Part shown: piece by piece, positions 41,318 through 50,627 of the stretch
Layout of the letters: every line of letters begins with the position of its first letter
How positions within the stretch are numbered: the stretch's first letter is position 1
Origin: Acidimicrobiia bacterium
GTDB lineage: Bacteria; Actinomycetota; Acidimicrobiia; Spongiisociales; ZC4RG35
Direction: 5' to 3'
NCBI GenBank assembly: GCA_035461175.1
Contig: DATHVR010000094.1
Coordinates: 1 to 55,924, forward strand
Length of the DNA stretch: 55,924 nt
Notes under the pieces: model-generated
Told to the model about the DNA's origin: nothing
What the model saw: the letters and a program-made list of their open reading frames with translations, nothing else
The model's database searches: none
Made by a program: the position numbers and the translations under genes

Positions 41318-42304
41318 TTAAATCAGGTCGGCTTCGCGGATTCCGAAGGAGGGGTGCCGGAGCCGGCACAGGGCCAGCTTCTCGAGCTGACGAATTCGCT
41401 CCCGGGTGAGGTTGAATTCGTCGCCGATCTCTTCCAGGGTGCGCGGAACGCCGTCGAAGAAGCCATAGCGCAGGGCGAGTATGCGGCCTTCCCGGTCGGG
41501 AAGCCGCTCGATCGACTTGCGCAGCGAGTTGGCGACGTCCATCTCCTCGGTGAGCAGCACCGGATCGGCGGCGTCCTCGTCCTCGATGAAATCGCCGAGT
41601 TGGGCTCCGTCCTCTCCGATCGGCTGCTCAAGCGAAACCGTGTCGGCCACACCGAGGGCCAGTTCCACCTTGTCGACCGTGACACCGGCCTCTTCGGCGA
41701 TTTCCTCGGGGCGGGGCTCGCGCCCCAGTTCAGCCTTGAGGCTGGCCTGGGCGGCCCGAACCGCGGCGAGGGTGTCGTGGAGGTGGACCGGAATCCGGAC
41801 CGTGCGCGACTTGTCGGCGATGGCGCGGGTGATGGCCTGACGGATCCACCAGGTGGCGTAAGTAGAGAACTTGAACCCCTTGCGCCAGTCGAACTTCTCG
41901 ACGGCGCGGATGAGGCCCAGGTTGCCTTCCTGGATGAGGTCGAGGAAGTCGATGCCGGACGTGTTGGCATAACGGCGGGCGTTGGCGACCACGAGACGGA
42001 GGTTGGCCGTCAGGAAGGCGTCTTTGGCCTCCCGGCCCTTGCGCTCGGCCCGCTTGAGCTCGATTTCTTGCTTCTTGCCCTTGTAGTCGCCCTTCTCGAG
42101 CCGCTCGGCGGCTTCCTCACCCGATTCAATCTGCTGGGCGAGCTCGACCTCCTGCTCGGCGGTCAGCAGGTCGTACTCGCCGATCGCCGTCAGGTATTGG
42201 GAGACGAGGTCGGTGGTGAGCCGACCGCGCTCGTCGGTGAGCTTGCTCTGAAGCCGCGATCGCTTGGCTTTGGGGCGATCAGGCTTCGTTTCGGCAGCGG
42301 GCAT
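41318..42304 (-). CDS. Group 1/2 sigma-70 factor (RpoD/SigB-like)
   Basis: [77 protein letters not shown]. Confidence 0.95.
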   Translation of the reverse strand: MPAAETKPDRPKAKRSRLQSKLTDERGRLTTDLVSQYLTAIGEYDLLTAEQEVELAQQIESGEEAAERLEKGDYKGKKQEIELKRAERKGREAKDAFLTANLRLVVANARRYANTSGIDFLDLIQEGNLGLIRAVEKFDWRKGFKFSTYATWWIRQAITRAIADKSRTVRIPVHLHDTLAAVRAAQASLKAELGREPRPEEIAEEAGVTVDKVELALGVADTVSLEQPIGEDGAQLGDFIEDEDAADPVLLTEEMDVANSLRKSIERLPDREGRILALRYGFFDGVPRTLEEIGDEFNLTRERIRQLEKLALCRLRHPSFGIREADLI

Positions 42305-42533
42305 GGATAACAGTCCTCCGTGACATCGTGTCAGGTATGGGGCGGTGGGGGCCGGGGACTCACTATGCCAGAGATTCCGGTACTTGTGAACCCCCAATCG
42401 GAGACCACTCCCGGTGGGAGTCCCTCCGAAGCAGCCACAGAAACGTCAACCACCCCCTGGTTCGCTGTATTCCACACCTGCCCACGATCCGCCCCCGCCA
42501 AACACGCCGTCGGGATCGAATTAGCATCTCGAC

Positions 42534-43295
42534 ATGCCGACCCGGCTCGAATTGGAACATCACCTCGAGCTCATCTCCAAGGCCGGCCTCGCCCTGGGCG
42601 AACGCGCCCGACAGGCCGGAGAGACGGCGCCGGTGCCCACCTGCCCGAGATGGACGGTGACCGATCTGGTCGGCCACATCGGGATGGTGCACCGCTGGGC
42701 GCGGGCCAACCTCCTCGGTGACCCCGACGGCTCTACCCGGGCCTGGAAGGAGGAGGCCGCCACGGTCCCCGATCGACTGGCGTGGCTCGGGACCGGAGTC
42801 GGCGACCTGGTCGCCACCCTCCGGGAGGTGCCGGACGACACGAAGGCGATGGTCTTCCTGCGCGATGCGCCCTCGCCGCGTCGATTCTGGGCCCGGCGCC
42901 AGGCCCACGAGACCACGATCCACTCGGTCGACGCCCTCGCCGCCGTCCTGGGGCGGGTCCCGTCCACCGACGAAGCCGGGATCCCACCAGAGGTGGCCGA
43001 GGACGGCGTGGACGAACTGGTGTGCGGGTTTCTCCCCCGGGGCAAGGGCAAGCCCCGGTTCGACGGCGTCGATCGACTACGCATCTCAGCCGCCGACACC
43101 GGTCGCAGCTGGACGATGCACTACACGGACGATGAAGTGACGACCGTTCCCGATGACAACGCCCCGGCGGACGCCACGATCTCCGGCACCGCCGTCCAGC
43201 TCTATCTCGGATTGTGGAACCGCGGGGCGGAACTGGACGGACCCGAAGAGATCCTCACAGGCTGGCAGAAGCAGGCCCGGGTGCGCTGGAGCTGA
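42534..43295 (+). CDS. Maleylpyruvate isomerase family mycothiol-dependent enzyme (DinB-like)
   Basis: [43 protein letters not shown]. Confidence 0.88.
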   Translation: MPTRLELEHHLELISKAGLALGERARQAGETAPVPTCPRWTVTDLVGHIGMVHRWARANLLGDPDGSTRAWKEEAATVPDRLAWLGTGVGDLVATLREVPDDTKAMVFLRDAPSPRRFWARRQAHETTIHSVDALAAVLGRVPSTDEAGIPPEVAEDGVDELVCGFLPRGKGKPRFDGVDRLRISAADTGRSWTMHYTDDEVTTVPDDNAPADATISGTAVQLYLGLWNRGAELDGPEEILTGWQKQARVRWS

Positions 43296-43338
43296 TCGGG
43301 CCCTTTCCGTAGGCCGGACCCGTGGTTACGGTGCGAGC

Positions 43339-45339
43339 ATGCCCAACCGCCTCGCCGACTCGGCCTCCCCCTACCTCCTCCAGCACGCCGACAACCCCGT
43401 AGACTGGTACGAGTGGGGTGAGGAGGCCTTCGCCGAGGCGCGCCGTCGCGACGTCCCCCTCCTCATCTCGATCGGCTACTCGGCCTGCCACTGGTGCCAC
43501 GTGATGGCCCACGAGTCCTTCGAGGACCCCGACATCGCCGACCTCATGAACCGCGGCTTCGTCAACATCAAGGTCGACCGCGAGGAGCGGCCCGACGTCG
43601 ACGCCGTCTACATGGAGGCCACCCAGGCCATGACCGGCCACGGCGGATGGCCGATGACGGTCTTCGTCGACCACGCCGGCACCCCCTTTTTCACAGGCAC
43701 CTACTTCCCTCCCCAGGATCGCGCCGGCATGCCCGGCTTCCGGACGATCCTGGCCGCAGTTGGAGAGGCGTGGGCCGAGCGCCGCAGTGAGGTCGACGAG
43801 CAGGGACGCCGCGTGACCGAGGCGATCGGCCGTCGCCTCCCCGCTGCCAGAGATCTTCCCGACCGGTCGATACTGGAGGCCGCCGTGGCGGCGATCGCCG
43901 GGCAGTTCGACCCGGTGCACGGCGGCTTCGGTGGCGCCCCGAAGTTTCCCCAGCAGCCGACGCTGGAGTTCCTGCTCCGGGTCCACGATCGACCCTGGGG
44001 CGGTTCGGCGGAAGAGATGCTCAAGCGGACCCTGGCCGCGATGGCGGCAGGCGGGATCCGGGACCATCTCGGCGGCGGATTCGCCCGCTACTCGGTCGAC
44101 GACCGCTGGCTGGTCCCCCATTTCGAGAAGATGCTCTACGACAACGCCCAACTCGCCCGGCTCTACCTGTGGGCGGGCCGCGAGTTCGGGTCCGGCCCCC
44201 TGGTCCAGGTTGCGGTCGACACCCTCGAGTACATGCTTAGGGATCTCCGGCACCCCGACGGTGGCCTCTTCTCGGCGGAGGACGCCGACTCGGAAGGCGA
44301 GGAAGGTCGCTTCTATGTCTGGGACCTGCCCGAATTCCTGGAGGTGGCGGGCGACGACGCCGCCTTAGCCTCCGACTACTTCGGTGTCAGCGCCGAGGGC
44401 AACTTCGAGGGCAGCAACATCCTGCACCGGGCCCGGGGCATCTCCGACGTGGCCGCCGACCACGGGCTCGAACCCGAGGAGGCGGCAGAGGCGGTGCGCC
44501 GCGCCGGCGAAGCTCTGCTCGCCCGGCGGGCCGAGCGGGTTCGTCCCGGGCTCGACGACAAGGTGGTGGCCGAATGGAACGGTCTCGCCATTCGCGCCCT
44601 GGCGGAGGCGGGAGCCTCGCTGGGAAAGCCCCGCTACCTCGATGCCGCCCGGAAGGCGGCCCGGTTCCTGCTCGACCACCTCCTCGTCGAAGGGAGGCTG
44701 CACCGCTCCTGGGCAAAGGGTCGCCTGGGACCCGAAGGCTTCCTGGCCGATCACGCCGGCGTCGCCGTGGGCCTCTTCGCGCTGTACGCTGCCGACGGAG
44801 ACCCGAACTGGTACACGGCCGCCATGTCGCTGGTCGAGGCACTGGAACAGTTCCAGGACCCAGAGGGGGGATACTTCACCACCCCCGACGACGGCGAGAG
44901 CCTCGTCACCCGGCCCAAGGACCATTTCGACAATCCGTCGCCGTCGGGGAACGCGCTGGCGGCGGAGGCGCTCTACTTGGCCGCCGCCTACAGCGGCGAG
45001 AGCCGGTTCTGGGAGAAGGCCGAGGCGACTCTGCGGGCTGGAGCGGTGGTGATGGACAGGGCCCCGACGGGGGCGGGCCACTCCCTGGCGGTCCTGTATG
45101 AGATCCTCGAGGGCCCCCGGGAACTGGCGGTGGTGGGGCCGGATGCCGAACGACTGGCCCGGGTGGCGTGGGAACGCTATCGCCCCGGCCTGGCGGTGGC
45201 GACCGCCGCCTCACCCGCCTCGGTGCCGCCGCTGCTGTCGGACCGGGGGACGGAAGGCGCCACCCTGGCCTACGTGTGCCGGCGCTTCGCCTGCGCTGCC
45301 CCGGTCACATCGGTGGAAGAACTGCGCGCCGCGCTTTAG
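43339..45339 (+). CDS. Thioredoxin-domain protein, YyaL/SPATA20 family
   Basis: [64 protein letters not shown]. Confidence 0.95.
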   Translation: MPNRLADSASPYLLQHADNPVDWYEWGEEAFAEARRRDVPLLISIGYSACHWCHVMAHESFEDPDIADLMNRGFVNIKVDREERPDVDAVYMEATQAMTGHGGWPMTVFVDHAGTPFFTGTYFPPQDRAGMPGFRTILAAVGEAWAERRSEVDEQGRRVTEAIGRRLPAARDLPDRSILEAAVAAIAGQFDPVHGGFGGAPKFPQQPTLEFLLRVHDRPWGGSAEEMLKRTLAAMAAGGIRDHLGGGFARYSVDDRWLVPHFEKMLYDNAQLARLYLWAGREFGSGPLVQVAVDTLEYMLRDLRHPDGGLFSAEDADSEGEEGRFYVWDLPEFLEVAGDDAALASDYFGVSAEGNFEGSNILHRARGISDVAADHGLEPEEAAEAVRRAGEALLARRAERVRPGLDDKVVAEWNGLAIRALAEAGASLGKPRYLDAARKAARFLLDHLLVEGRLHRSWAKGRLGPEGFLADHAGVAVGLFALYAADGDPNWYTAAMSLVEALEQFQDPEGGYFTTPDDGESLVTRPKDHFDNPSPSGNALAAEALYLAAAYSGESRFWEKAEATLRAGAVVMDRAPTGAGHSLAVLYEILEGPRELAVVGPDAERLARVAWERYRPGLAVATAASPASVPPLLSDRGTEGATLAYVCRRFACAAPVTSVEELRAAL

Positions 45340-46220
45340 GTGGGAGCCGCCACTCGCGGCCGCGCCAACAGGTGGGCGACGGCCAGCACATAGCCCACCC
45401 ACAGCACGTCCGCCAGGGCGAGATGGGTGACCCGCATCCATAGCGGTAAACCGGCCAGGATCATCACGAACCCGGTCAGGATCTGGGCTCCGACCATCCC
45501 CGAGAGGACGGTGAGCGTCCGGCCCCCGGAGCCCCGGCGGGCCAGGGCGGTGGCGGCGGCGAGGACTAACACCACCGCCACGATCGGGTGCACGACCCGC
45601 AGATCGGTCAGGAAGTGCTCGACCGCCTCCGAGCCGGCTCCGGTCTTCGGGAACAGGGTGTCGGCCAGGGCGGTGACGGCACCGGTGGCGGCGATGACGA
45701 GGAAGGCGAGGGCACCGACCAGGCTCCAGCGGCGTAGGCGGGGATGGGCCGAGGCTTGCAAGGGGATACCGCCTCCGAGCAGGTGAGCGGTGATGGTCAG
45801 GGCGGCCAGCAGCACGAACGTGTTGACCAGGTGAAGAGGGACCGACACGGCTCGGGCCACCGAGGCATCGTTCGCCACCCATTCGAACAGGACGATCACC
45901 GCTCCGATCAGCGCCTCTCCGATGATCGCCACCATGGACCAGACGGCCGCCGTCCGGGCCTGGTGGGGGGCGGCCACCCGCCGAAACACCCACAAGACGA
46001 GGATCGCCACCATCACCAGGGCGATGCCCGACACGGCCCTGTGGGCGAATTCAATGGCGGTGGCTCCCTCCAGCTCGGGCACCACCTGGCCCTGGCAGGA
46101 GGGCCAGGAACGACCGCACCCCGCTCCCGATCCGGTGGCTCGCACGATCGCCCCCATCAGGATCACCACCACATTGAAGGCGAGGGTGACCCAGGCGAAG
46201 CGGGCCGGTCCAGAAGCCAT
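45336..46220 (-). CDS. ctaA: COX15/CtaA (heme A synthase) family protein
   Basis: [44 protein letters not shown]. Confidence 0.8.
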   Translation of the reverse strand: MASGPARFAWVTLAFNVVVILMGAIVRATGSGAGCGRSWPSCQGQVVPELEGATAIEFAHRAVSGIALVMVAILVLWVFRRVAAPHQARTAAVWSMVAIIGEALIGAVIVLFEWVANDASVARAVSVPLHLVNTFVLLAALTITAHLLGGGIPLQASAHPRLRRWSLVGALAFLVIAATGAVTALADTLFPKTGAGSEAVEHFLTDLRVVHPIVAVVLVLAAATALARRGSGGRTLTVLSGMVGAQILTGFVMILAGLPLWMRVTHLALADVLWVGYVLAVAHLLARPRVAAPT

Positions 46221-46379
46221 GCCGGGAATGGTACGGCTCCAGATGTTGGAGGTGAATTCTGCCCGGAGTTGCCCGGTGAGCGATGAGCCGGAAGCCCGTT
46301 GGCCTCGTCCGGCGAGGCGGTAGCAGTCCTGTCGGTTCACCGGTTGGGGGCCGTGGCCCGACCGCATAGGCTGGGTGCG

Positions 46380-47333
46380 ATGCAGATCTCCGAGTCGATC
46401 GTCGACGTCATCGGCCACACTCCCCTGGTCCGGCTCTCACGACTCCATCCTCCCGGCAACCTGGTCGCCAAGGTCGAGTACATGAACCCGGGCGGCTCGG
46501 TCAAAGAGCGGATCGCGGTGGCGATGGTCGATGCCGCCGAGCGCGATGGACTTCTGGGACCGGGTGGAACGATCGTCGAGCCGACCTCGGGCAACACCGG
46601 CGTGGGTCTGGCCCTGGTGGGCACTGTGCGGGGATACCGGGTCATCTGCACCGTCCCCGACAAGGTCTCGCAGGAGAAGCGTGATCTGCTGCGCGCCTAC
46701 GGGGTCGAGGTCATCGTCACCCCCACCGAGCTCCTCCCCGAACATCCCGACAGCTACTACGGGGTGGCCCGCCGCCTCGCCGCCGAGATCCCGGGCGCCT
46801 TTCATCCCGACCAGTACTCGAATCAGGCCAATCCGGCCGCCCACTACGCCACCACGGGTCCCGAACTGTGGAGCCAAACCGATGGCGCCATCGACGTGTT
46901 CGTGGCCGGGGTCGGCACCGGCGGAACCATCACCGGTGCGGCCCGGTATCTGAAAGAGCACAAGCCCGGGGTGACGATCGTGGGAGTCGATCCCGAGGGA
47001 TCGATCTACACCGCCGGTCCCGACGGCGACATCCATCAGTACTTCATCGAGGGCGTCGGCGAAGACTTCTATCCCGAGACCGTCGACCTCGATCTGATCG
47101 ATCGCTGGGAGATGGTCGACGACCCCCAGGCCTTCTCCATGGCCCGCCGCCTGGCCCGCGCCGAAGGGGTCCTGACCGGGCCCTCGGGCGGGATGGCGGT
47201 GGAAGGAGCACTGCGGGTTGCCGACGAGGACCACAAAGCACTGGTGGTGGTGCTGGTGCCCGACTCGGGCCGCGGCTACATCTCCAAGCTCTTCAACGAC
47301 GAGTGGATGGCCGAGCACGGCTTTCCGCTCTGA
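46380..47333 (+). CDS. PLP-dependent cysteine synthase / cystathionine beta-synthase family (no CBS domains)
   Basis: GHTPLVRL, NPGGSVKERIA, EPTSGNTG, QYSNQANP, GVGTGGT, IEGVGEDF. Confidence 0.9.
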   Translation: MQISESIVDVIGHTPLVRLSRLHPPGNLVAKVEYMNPGGSVKERIAVAMVDAAERDGLLGPGGTIVEPTSGNTGVGLALVGTVRGYRVICTVPDKVSQEKRDLLRAYGVEVIVTPTELLPEHPDSYYGVARRLAAEIPGAFHPDQYSNQANPAAHYATTGPELWSQTDGAIDVFVAGVGTGGTITGAARYLKEHKPGVTIVGVDPEGSIYTAGPDGDIHQYFIEGVGEDFYPETVDLDLIDRWEMVDDPQAFSMARRLARAEGVLTGPSGGMAVEGALRVADEDHKALVVVLVPDSGRGYISKLFNDEWMAEHGFPL

Positions 47334-47382
47334 ACGCGGCCCCAACGGCCACCACGAACTCGCAACCACGAGCTTTCCGGGA

Positions 47383-47640
47383 CATGAAGAGAGCGGGCGC
47401 CCGAAGGCGCCCGCTCGAGAACTCGTGGGATTAGCTTCGGTGACCGCCCGAAGGCGTCTCACCGCTGCGGTGGGACCAGTTCCGCAGTGCCCAGAGTCGG
47501 TGGTCCGAGTTTGGAGTCGCCACCGTCCTCGCTGAGGCGAGGGAGCGGCGCTTCAGGCTCCGCGCCACTCAGCGCTCGGCCACCTCCAGAGTCCCAAAGA
47601 AACAACTATGCAAGTAGGACCACCTCCTTTCTCTGGTAGC
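47383..47640 (-). ncRNA. Candidate structured RNA carrying a 14-codon ORF and an extended Shine-Dalgarno
   Basis: At least six hairpins including two cUUCGg stem-loops; AGAAAGGAGGTG-GTCC before TTG; no long ORF; does not match a family I can name. Confidence 0.6.
47391..47416. terminator. 11-bp perfect hairpin GAGCGGGCGCC-TTCG-GGCGCCCGCTC (minus strand)
   Basis: Perfect GC stem between convergent transcription units; weak U-tract, as is common in actinobacteria. Confidence 0.7.
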
Positions 47641-47677
47641 GACATTTTGGCACATCGTCGGAGAAATGCGAATGGAA

Positions 47678-48310
47678 TTATCCGGCGGCGTCGGGAGTGT
47701 CGAGAACGGTGGCGGGGAAGGGGGCCGGGTCGGCGTCGGCCGGTTCCCGGGTGATCCAGATGCGCGGGAACTCGGACCGCCTCACTCCGGCGATCACCTC
47801 GACTCGCCCGGCCGCCTGAAAGGTTCCGGCAGAGACGTGGCGACCATCGGGGGCGGTGAGCCAGACCTCGTAGTAGGCGTCGCCCCCCGCGGCGGCCAGC
47901 CCTTCTACCTCCAGCACCATCCTCGTCCCCTCGTCCTGGTTCCACCCCCGAACCGTGGCCTGGGCAGTTGGGGCTGCGTCCGCCCCTATCAATTCGACGG
48001 TCCAGTCGGGCCGACCCTGCCACACGGCCAGGGCCGCCACCACCACGAGGACCGCCGCCGCACCCGCGGCCCACCACGACCACCGCGTGGGCGGCCTCGG
48101 GCGCCCCTCATTCGCTACCGCCGCCGCCACTCGATGCTGAAGGTCCGGCGGGGGCGACTCCCACAGCAGTGGATCGGCCAGATGCCGGCCGAGGACAGCG
48201 GTCCGCTCCGCTTCGAGGCGGCAGGTGGGGCACACCGCCAGGTGGGCTACCACGGCGGGGTCGTTCTCGCCTCCTCGGGCGATGAGCTCCAGAACTTCCT
48301 CGCAGGTCAT
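47678..48310 (-). CDS. Anti-sigma factor, RskA family
   Basis: N-terminal HLAVCPTC (ZAS HxxxCxxC), TM, C-terminal YYEVWL...VSAGTF...ITREP. Confidence 0.88.
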   Translation of the reverse strand: MTCEEVLELIARGGENDPAVVAHLAVCPTCRLEAERTAVLGRHLADPLLWESPPPDLQHRVAAAVANEGRPRPPTRWSWWAAGAAAVLVVVAALAVWQGRPDWTVELIGADAAPTAQATVRGWNQDEGTRMVLEVEGLAAAGGDAYYEVWLTAPDGRHVSAGTFQAAGRVEVIAGVRRSEFPRIWITREPADADPAPFPATVLDTPDAAG

Positions 48311-48885
48311 GCCGATTCCTCACCGAGGTGCTCGAGGAGCCCGGCCAGCCGGCGGAAGGCCCGGTACGAACGCGACTTCACCGTTCCCACCGGTATGCCC
48401 AGTTCGGCGGCTGCCTCGACGTGGGTGAGCTGACGGTAGAAGGTGGCATGGATCACTGAGCGCTCGTCCTCCGGCAGCCGGTCGATCGCCGCCCGCACCT
48501 CCCAGACCTCCCACAGGTTCTCAAAGGACGGAGGCAGCACGGCCATGTCCGAGCCGTCCCGACCTTCCCACGCATCCCAGCCCTCCCCTTCTCCGATCGG
48601 CATCCGACTCCGGCCCTCACGATGCCTTCGTTCGCGCCGGTAGACGTCCACCGCCGCACGACGGGCGATGGAATAGAGCCAGGGAGCCGGATCGAGCTGG
48701 GGATCGAAGCGGGCCGACGCCCGCCAGGCGTTGAGAAACGTCTGTTGCACTACCTCCTCGGCCAACAGCCGATCCCCCAGGGAGCGGATGGCGATGGCAA
48801 AGACCGGACGACTGTACCGCTGGTACAGGGTGTGCACGGCGTCCTGGTCGCCGCGAGCGAACCGCTCCATCAATCGCCTGGTCAT
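48307..48885 (-). CDS. ECF sigma factor, SigK-like
   Basis: GDQDAVHTLYQRY, AEEVVQQTFLNAWR, WLYSIARR, GIPVGTVKSR; overlaps the rskA-like start. Confidence 0.92.
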   Translation of the reverse strand: MTRRLMERFARGDQDAVHTLYQRYSRPVFAIAIRSLGDRLLAEEVVQQTFLNAWRASARFDPQLDPAPWLYSIARRAAVDVYRRERRHREGRSRMPIGEGEGWDAWEGRDGSDMAVLPPSFENLWEVWEVRAAIDRLPEDERSVIHATFYRQLTHVEAAAELGIPVGTVKSRSYRAFRRLAGLLEHLGEESA

Positions 48886-48930
48886 CCATCAGACAGTACG
48901 TATTCACGTCCCGCGATGGTTCTCCTGGGG

Positions 48931-49881
48931 TCAGACCCGGAGCTGGGAGAAGAAGTCGTCCCACAGGGTGGAGAAGGCATCGGTGGCGCGATCGAATGCC
49001 CACAGGAGCACGATGACGAGTCCGATCACCAGAGCCGCCGTGACCACCGCCCGGATCCGGTACTGCTGACGCTCTCCCGGATCTTCCAGATACGACGGCT
49101 CACCGGGCGGTGTCGCCTCGAGCACCGTGGGTGGGGCGGCCCGGGCCAAGCGGCGGGAAGCAGGAGGTGACTCGGCGGGAGGGGAAGTGGCCGCCCGGTC
49201 GCCAGGGGCCCAGACCGGCCGCGGTTCGGAGCCAGGGCGATCGTCGACCTGCGCCTCGTCGGGCTCCGGGGGCGGCCACGACGGGATCAGATCCGCCTCG
49301 GCCGCCGCAGTCTCTTCGTCGGTGGCGTTGGGCCGGTCCGGCCGGGTCGGCTTCGATTCTGCCCTTGCCGCCTCCACCGGTGATCCCGTCTCGACGCCGG
49401 CAGACTCTTCGCCCCGATCGTGTCCGGGCGCCGGAACCGAGCCATGGTCGATCTCGATGCCCTCGTCCTGGGATGGAGCCCCCGTGTCCGGTCTCTCCTC
49501 GACGACCGAGACCTCGTCGACTGTGGCCTGTTCGAATGCGGCGTTTTCGGCTGAGACCTCCGGGGCTGGTTCCTCCTCGGCGGCTACCTCGGGAACGGAA
49601 TGCCGCTCGGGAGCGAGCGAGGCATAACCCTGCTCCAGGGTTTGGTGGGTTCCGGCCTCCTCGACGTCGAAGCCCGCTCCCTCCAGCACATCACGCTCGT
49701 CGAGGCCCAGGACGGCGGCCAGGGCCACGGCGTCGGAGCGCTCTGACGGAGTCGAGTTGCCCCGCTCCCAGTTGCGGATTGTGCTGGCCGATCTGCCCAC
49801 CAGCTCGCCAAGGCGCGCCTGGCTGAAGCCGAGGGCATCCCGGCGGCGTTTGATTAGGCGGGCGAACGAGTGGTCCCCCAT
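48931..49881 (-). CDS. XRE-HTH protein with acidic/Pro-rich linker and C-terminal TM helix
   Basis: LIKRRRDALGFSQARLGELVGRSASTIRNWERG; C-terminal AVVTAALVIGLVIVLLW. Confidence 0.8.
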   Translation of the reverse strand: MGDHSFARLIKRRRDALGFSQARLGELVGRSASTIRNWERGNSTPSERSDAVALAAVLGLDERDVLEGAGFDVEEAGTHQTLEQGYASLAPERHSVPEVAAEEEPAPEVSAENAAFEQATVDEVSVVEERPDTGAPSQDEGIEIDHGSVPAPGHDRGEESAGVETGSPVEAARAESKPTRPDRPNATDEETAAAEADLIPSWPPPEPDEAQVDDRPGSEPRPVWAPGDRAATSPPAESPPASRRLARAAPPTVLEATPPGEPSYLEDPGERQQYRIRAVVTAALVIGLVIVLLWAFDRATDAFSTLWDDFFSQLRV

Positions 49882-49905
49882 GGCGGTCAGGTTACCGACA
49901 CCCGA

Positions 49906-50238
49906 TCAGTGTGGTGGATTCTCGGGGACCGAGTCGGGCTCCTCGCCCACAGTGAGGCGGATCCGCTCCAGCGCCTTGACGTTCCAGCACAGGGTGTCGC
50001 CCTCCTCCACCCGGAGTCGCAGCGAACCGTCTTCCTCCAACAGAATCCGGCCCTGGCTCCGCGCCACCTCGAGGGGGATGGAGGCCCGGTAGTCGCCACT
50101 GAGGGATTCGAAGGTGGCGTGGGTGGCACCGGGATCGGAGGGGAGGATGCCGCCGACCTCGACGACGTCACCGGACAACGCCTCCTCCAGATCCTGAAGC
50201 GTCAGGACCGTTCGATCATTCAGAGTGTGGACTTCGAG
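49906..50238 (-). CDS. Small hypothetical protein, possibly a minimal molybdopterin-oxidoreductase-like domain
   Basis: F.S..G.Y.ASIPL and RL.V..G..LCWNVK.L.RI pattern; start MLEVHT chosen (ORF track 50262). Confidence 0.55.
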   Translation of the reverse strand, partial: LEVHTLNDRTVLTLQDLEEALSGDVVEVGGILPSDPGATHATFESLSGDYRASIPLEVARSQGRILLEEDGSLRLRVEEGDTLCWNVKALERIRLTVGEEPDSVPENPPH

Positions 50239-50281
50239 CATCGATCCGAAGTATGGCCGCATACCTCCTACCCTGCCCGAC

Positions 50282-50376
50282 GGAGGCGTCCGGACGCCTG
50301 GTGGGTCCCCCGGTCTTCAAAACCGGTGAGGGGTCGCAAGATCCCTGGCGGGTTCGATTCCCGTCCGCCTCCGCCA
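50282..50376 (+). tRNA. selC: tRNA-Sec (anticodon TCA)
   Basis: 95 nt; GGAGGCG/CGCCTCC acceptor + GCCA end, CCGGT-CTTCAAA-ACCGG anticodon arm, long variable arm, GCGGG-TTCGATT-CCCGT T-arm. Confidence 0.96.
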
Positions 50377-50462
50377 ACAGCGCTACCCGTGCATCCCCCC
50401 GGGTCCGGCTCCGGCGGACCCGCCGCGCCCGATGCCATCTCCCCGCCAGCGACTACGTCGCC

Positions 50463-50522
50463 CCCTGGCGGGTTCGATTCCCGTCCGCCTCCGCCAACAG
50501 CGCGATTCCCGTCCGCCTCCGC
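50463..50522 (+). repeat. Duplicated selC 3' end (att-like direct repeat) plus a third partial copy
   Basis: 50343-50383 and 50463-50503 are identical over 41 bp; 50504-50522 repeats GATTCCCGTCCGCCTCCGC. Confidence 0.92.
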
Positions 50523-50578
50523 TACCAGGCCAGCCCAGGTCTGGGTTTGCCCGCCGTCCGTGTTCGGGTATCGAGTCA

Positions 50579-50620
50579 TGGGTGGTGGGTGGTGGGTGGT
50601 GAGTGGTGGGTGGTGAGTCG
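50579..50620. repeat. (GGTGGTG/GGTGAGT)n heptamer array, family C
   Basis: GGGTGGTGGGTGGTGGGTGGTGAGTGGTGGGTGGTGAGT; related tracts at about 11641, 30452, 41260 and 51722. Confidence 0.85.
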
Positions 50621-50627
50621 TGAGGCG

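Noticed and set aside
46380-47333. SVKERIA instead of the usual SVKDRIA around the PLP lysine
   Set aside because: Conservative D to E change with the catalytic Lys intact; not enough to infer a new function
47431-47613. Selenocysteine read-through of the TGA ending the 14-aa ORF (frame stays open to a TAA near 47431, and a hairpin follows the TGA)
   Set aside because: The hairpin loop is only about 7 nt from the UGA, closer than typical bacterial SECIS spacing, and the extension lacks any redox motif; kept only as a remote possibility
47617-47632. 16S rRNA gene fragment
   Set aside because: Only the 3'-terminal anti-SD-like 16 nt match; no adjoining rRNA sequence
47383-47640. Identification as a c-di-AMP (ydaO), SAM or other riboswitch, or as tmRNA, RNase P, 6C or Ms1 RNA
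   Set aside because: The conserved cores I know for these families are absent and no downstream gene is available to regulate
50343-50522. CRISPR array
   Set aside because: The repeat is the tRNA-Sec 3' end, with one spacer only and no cas genes; no CRISPR array was found anywhere in the window
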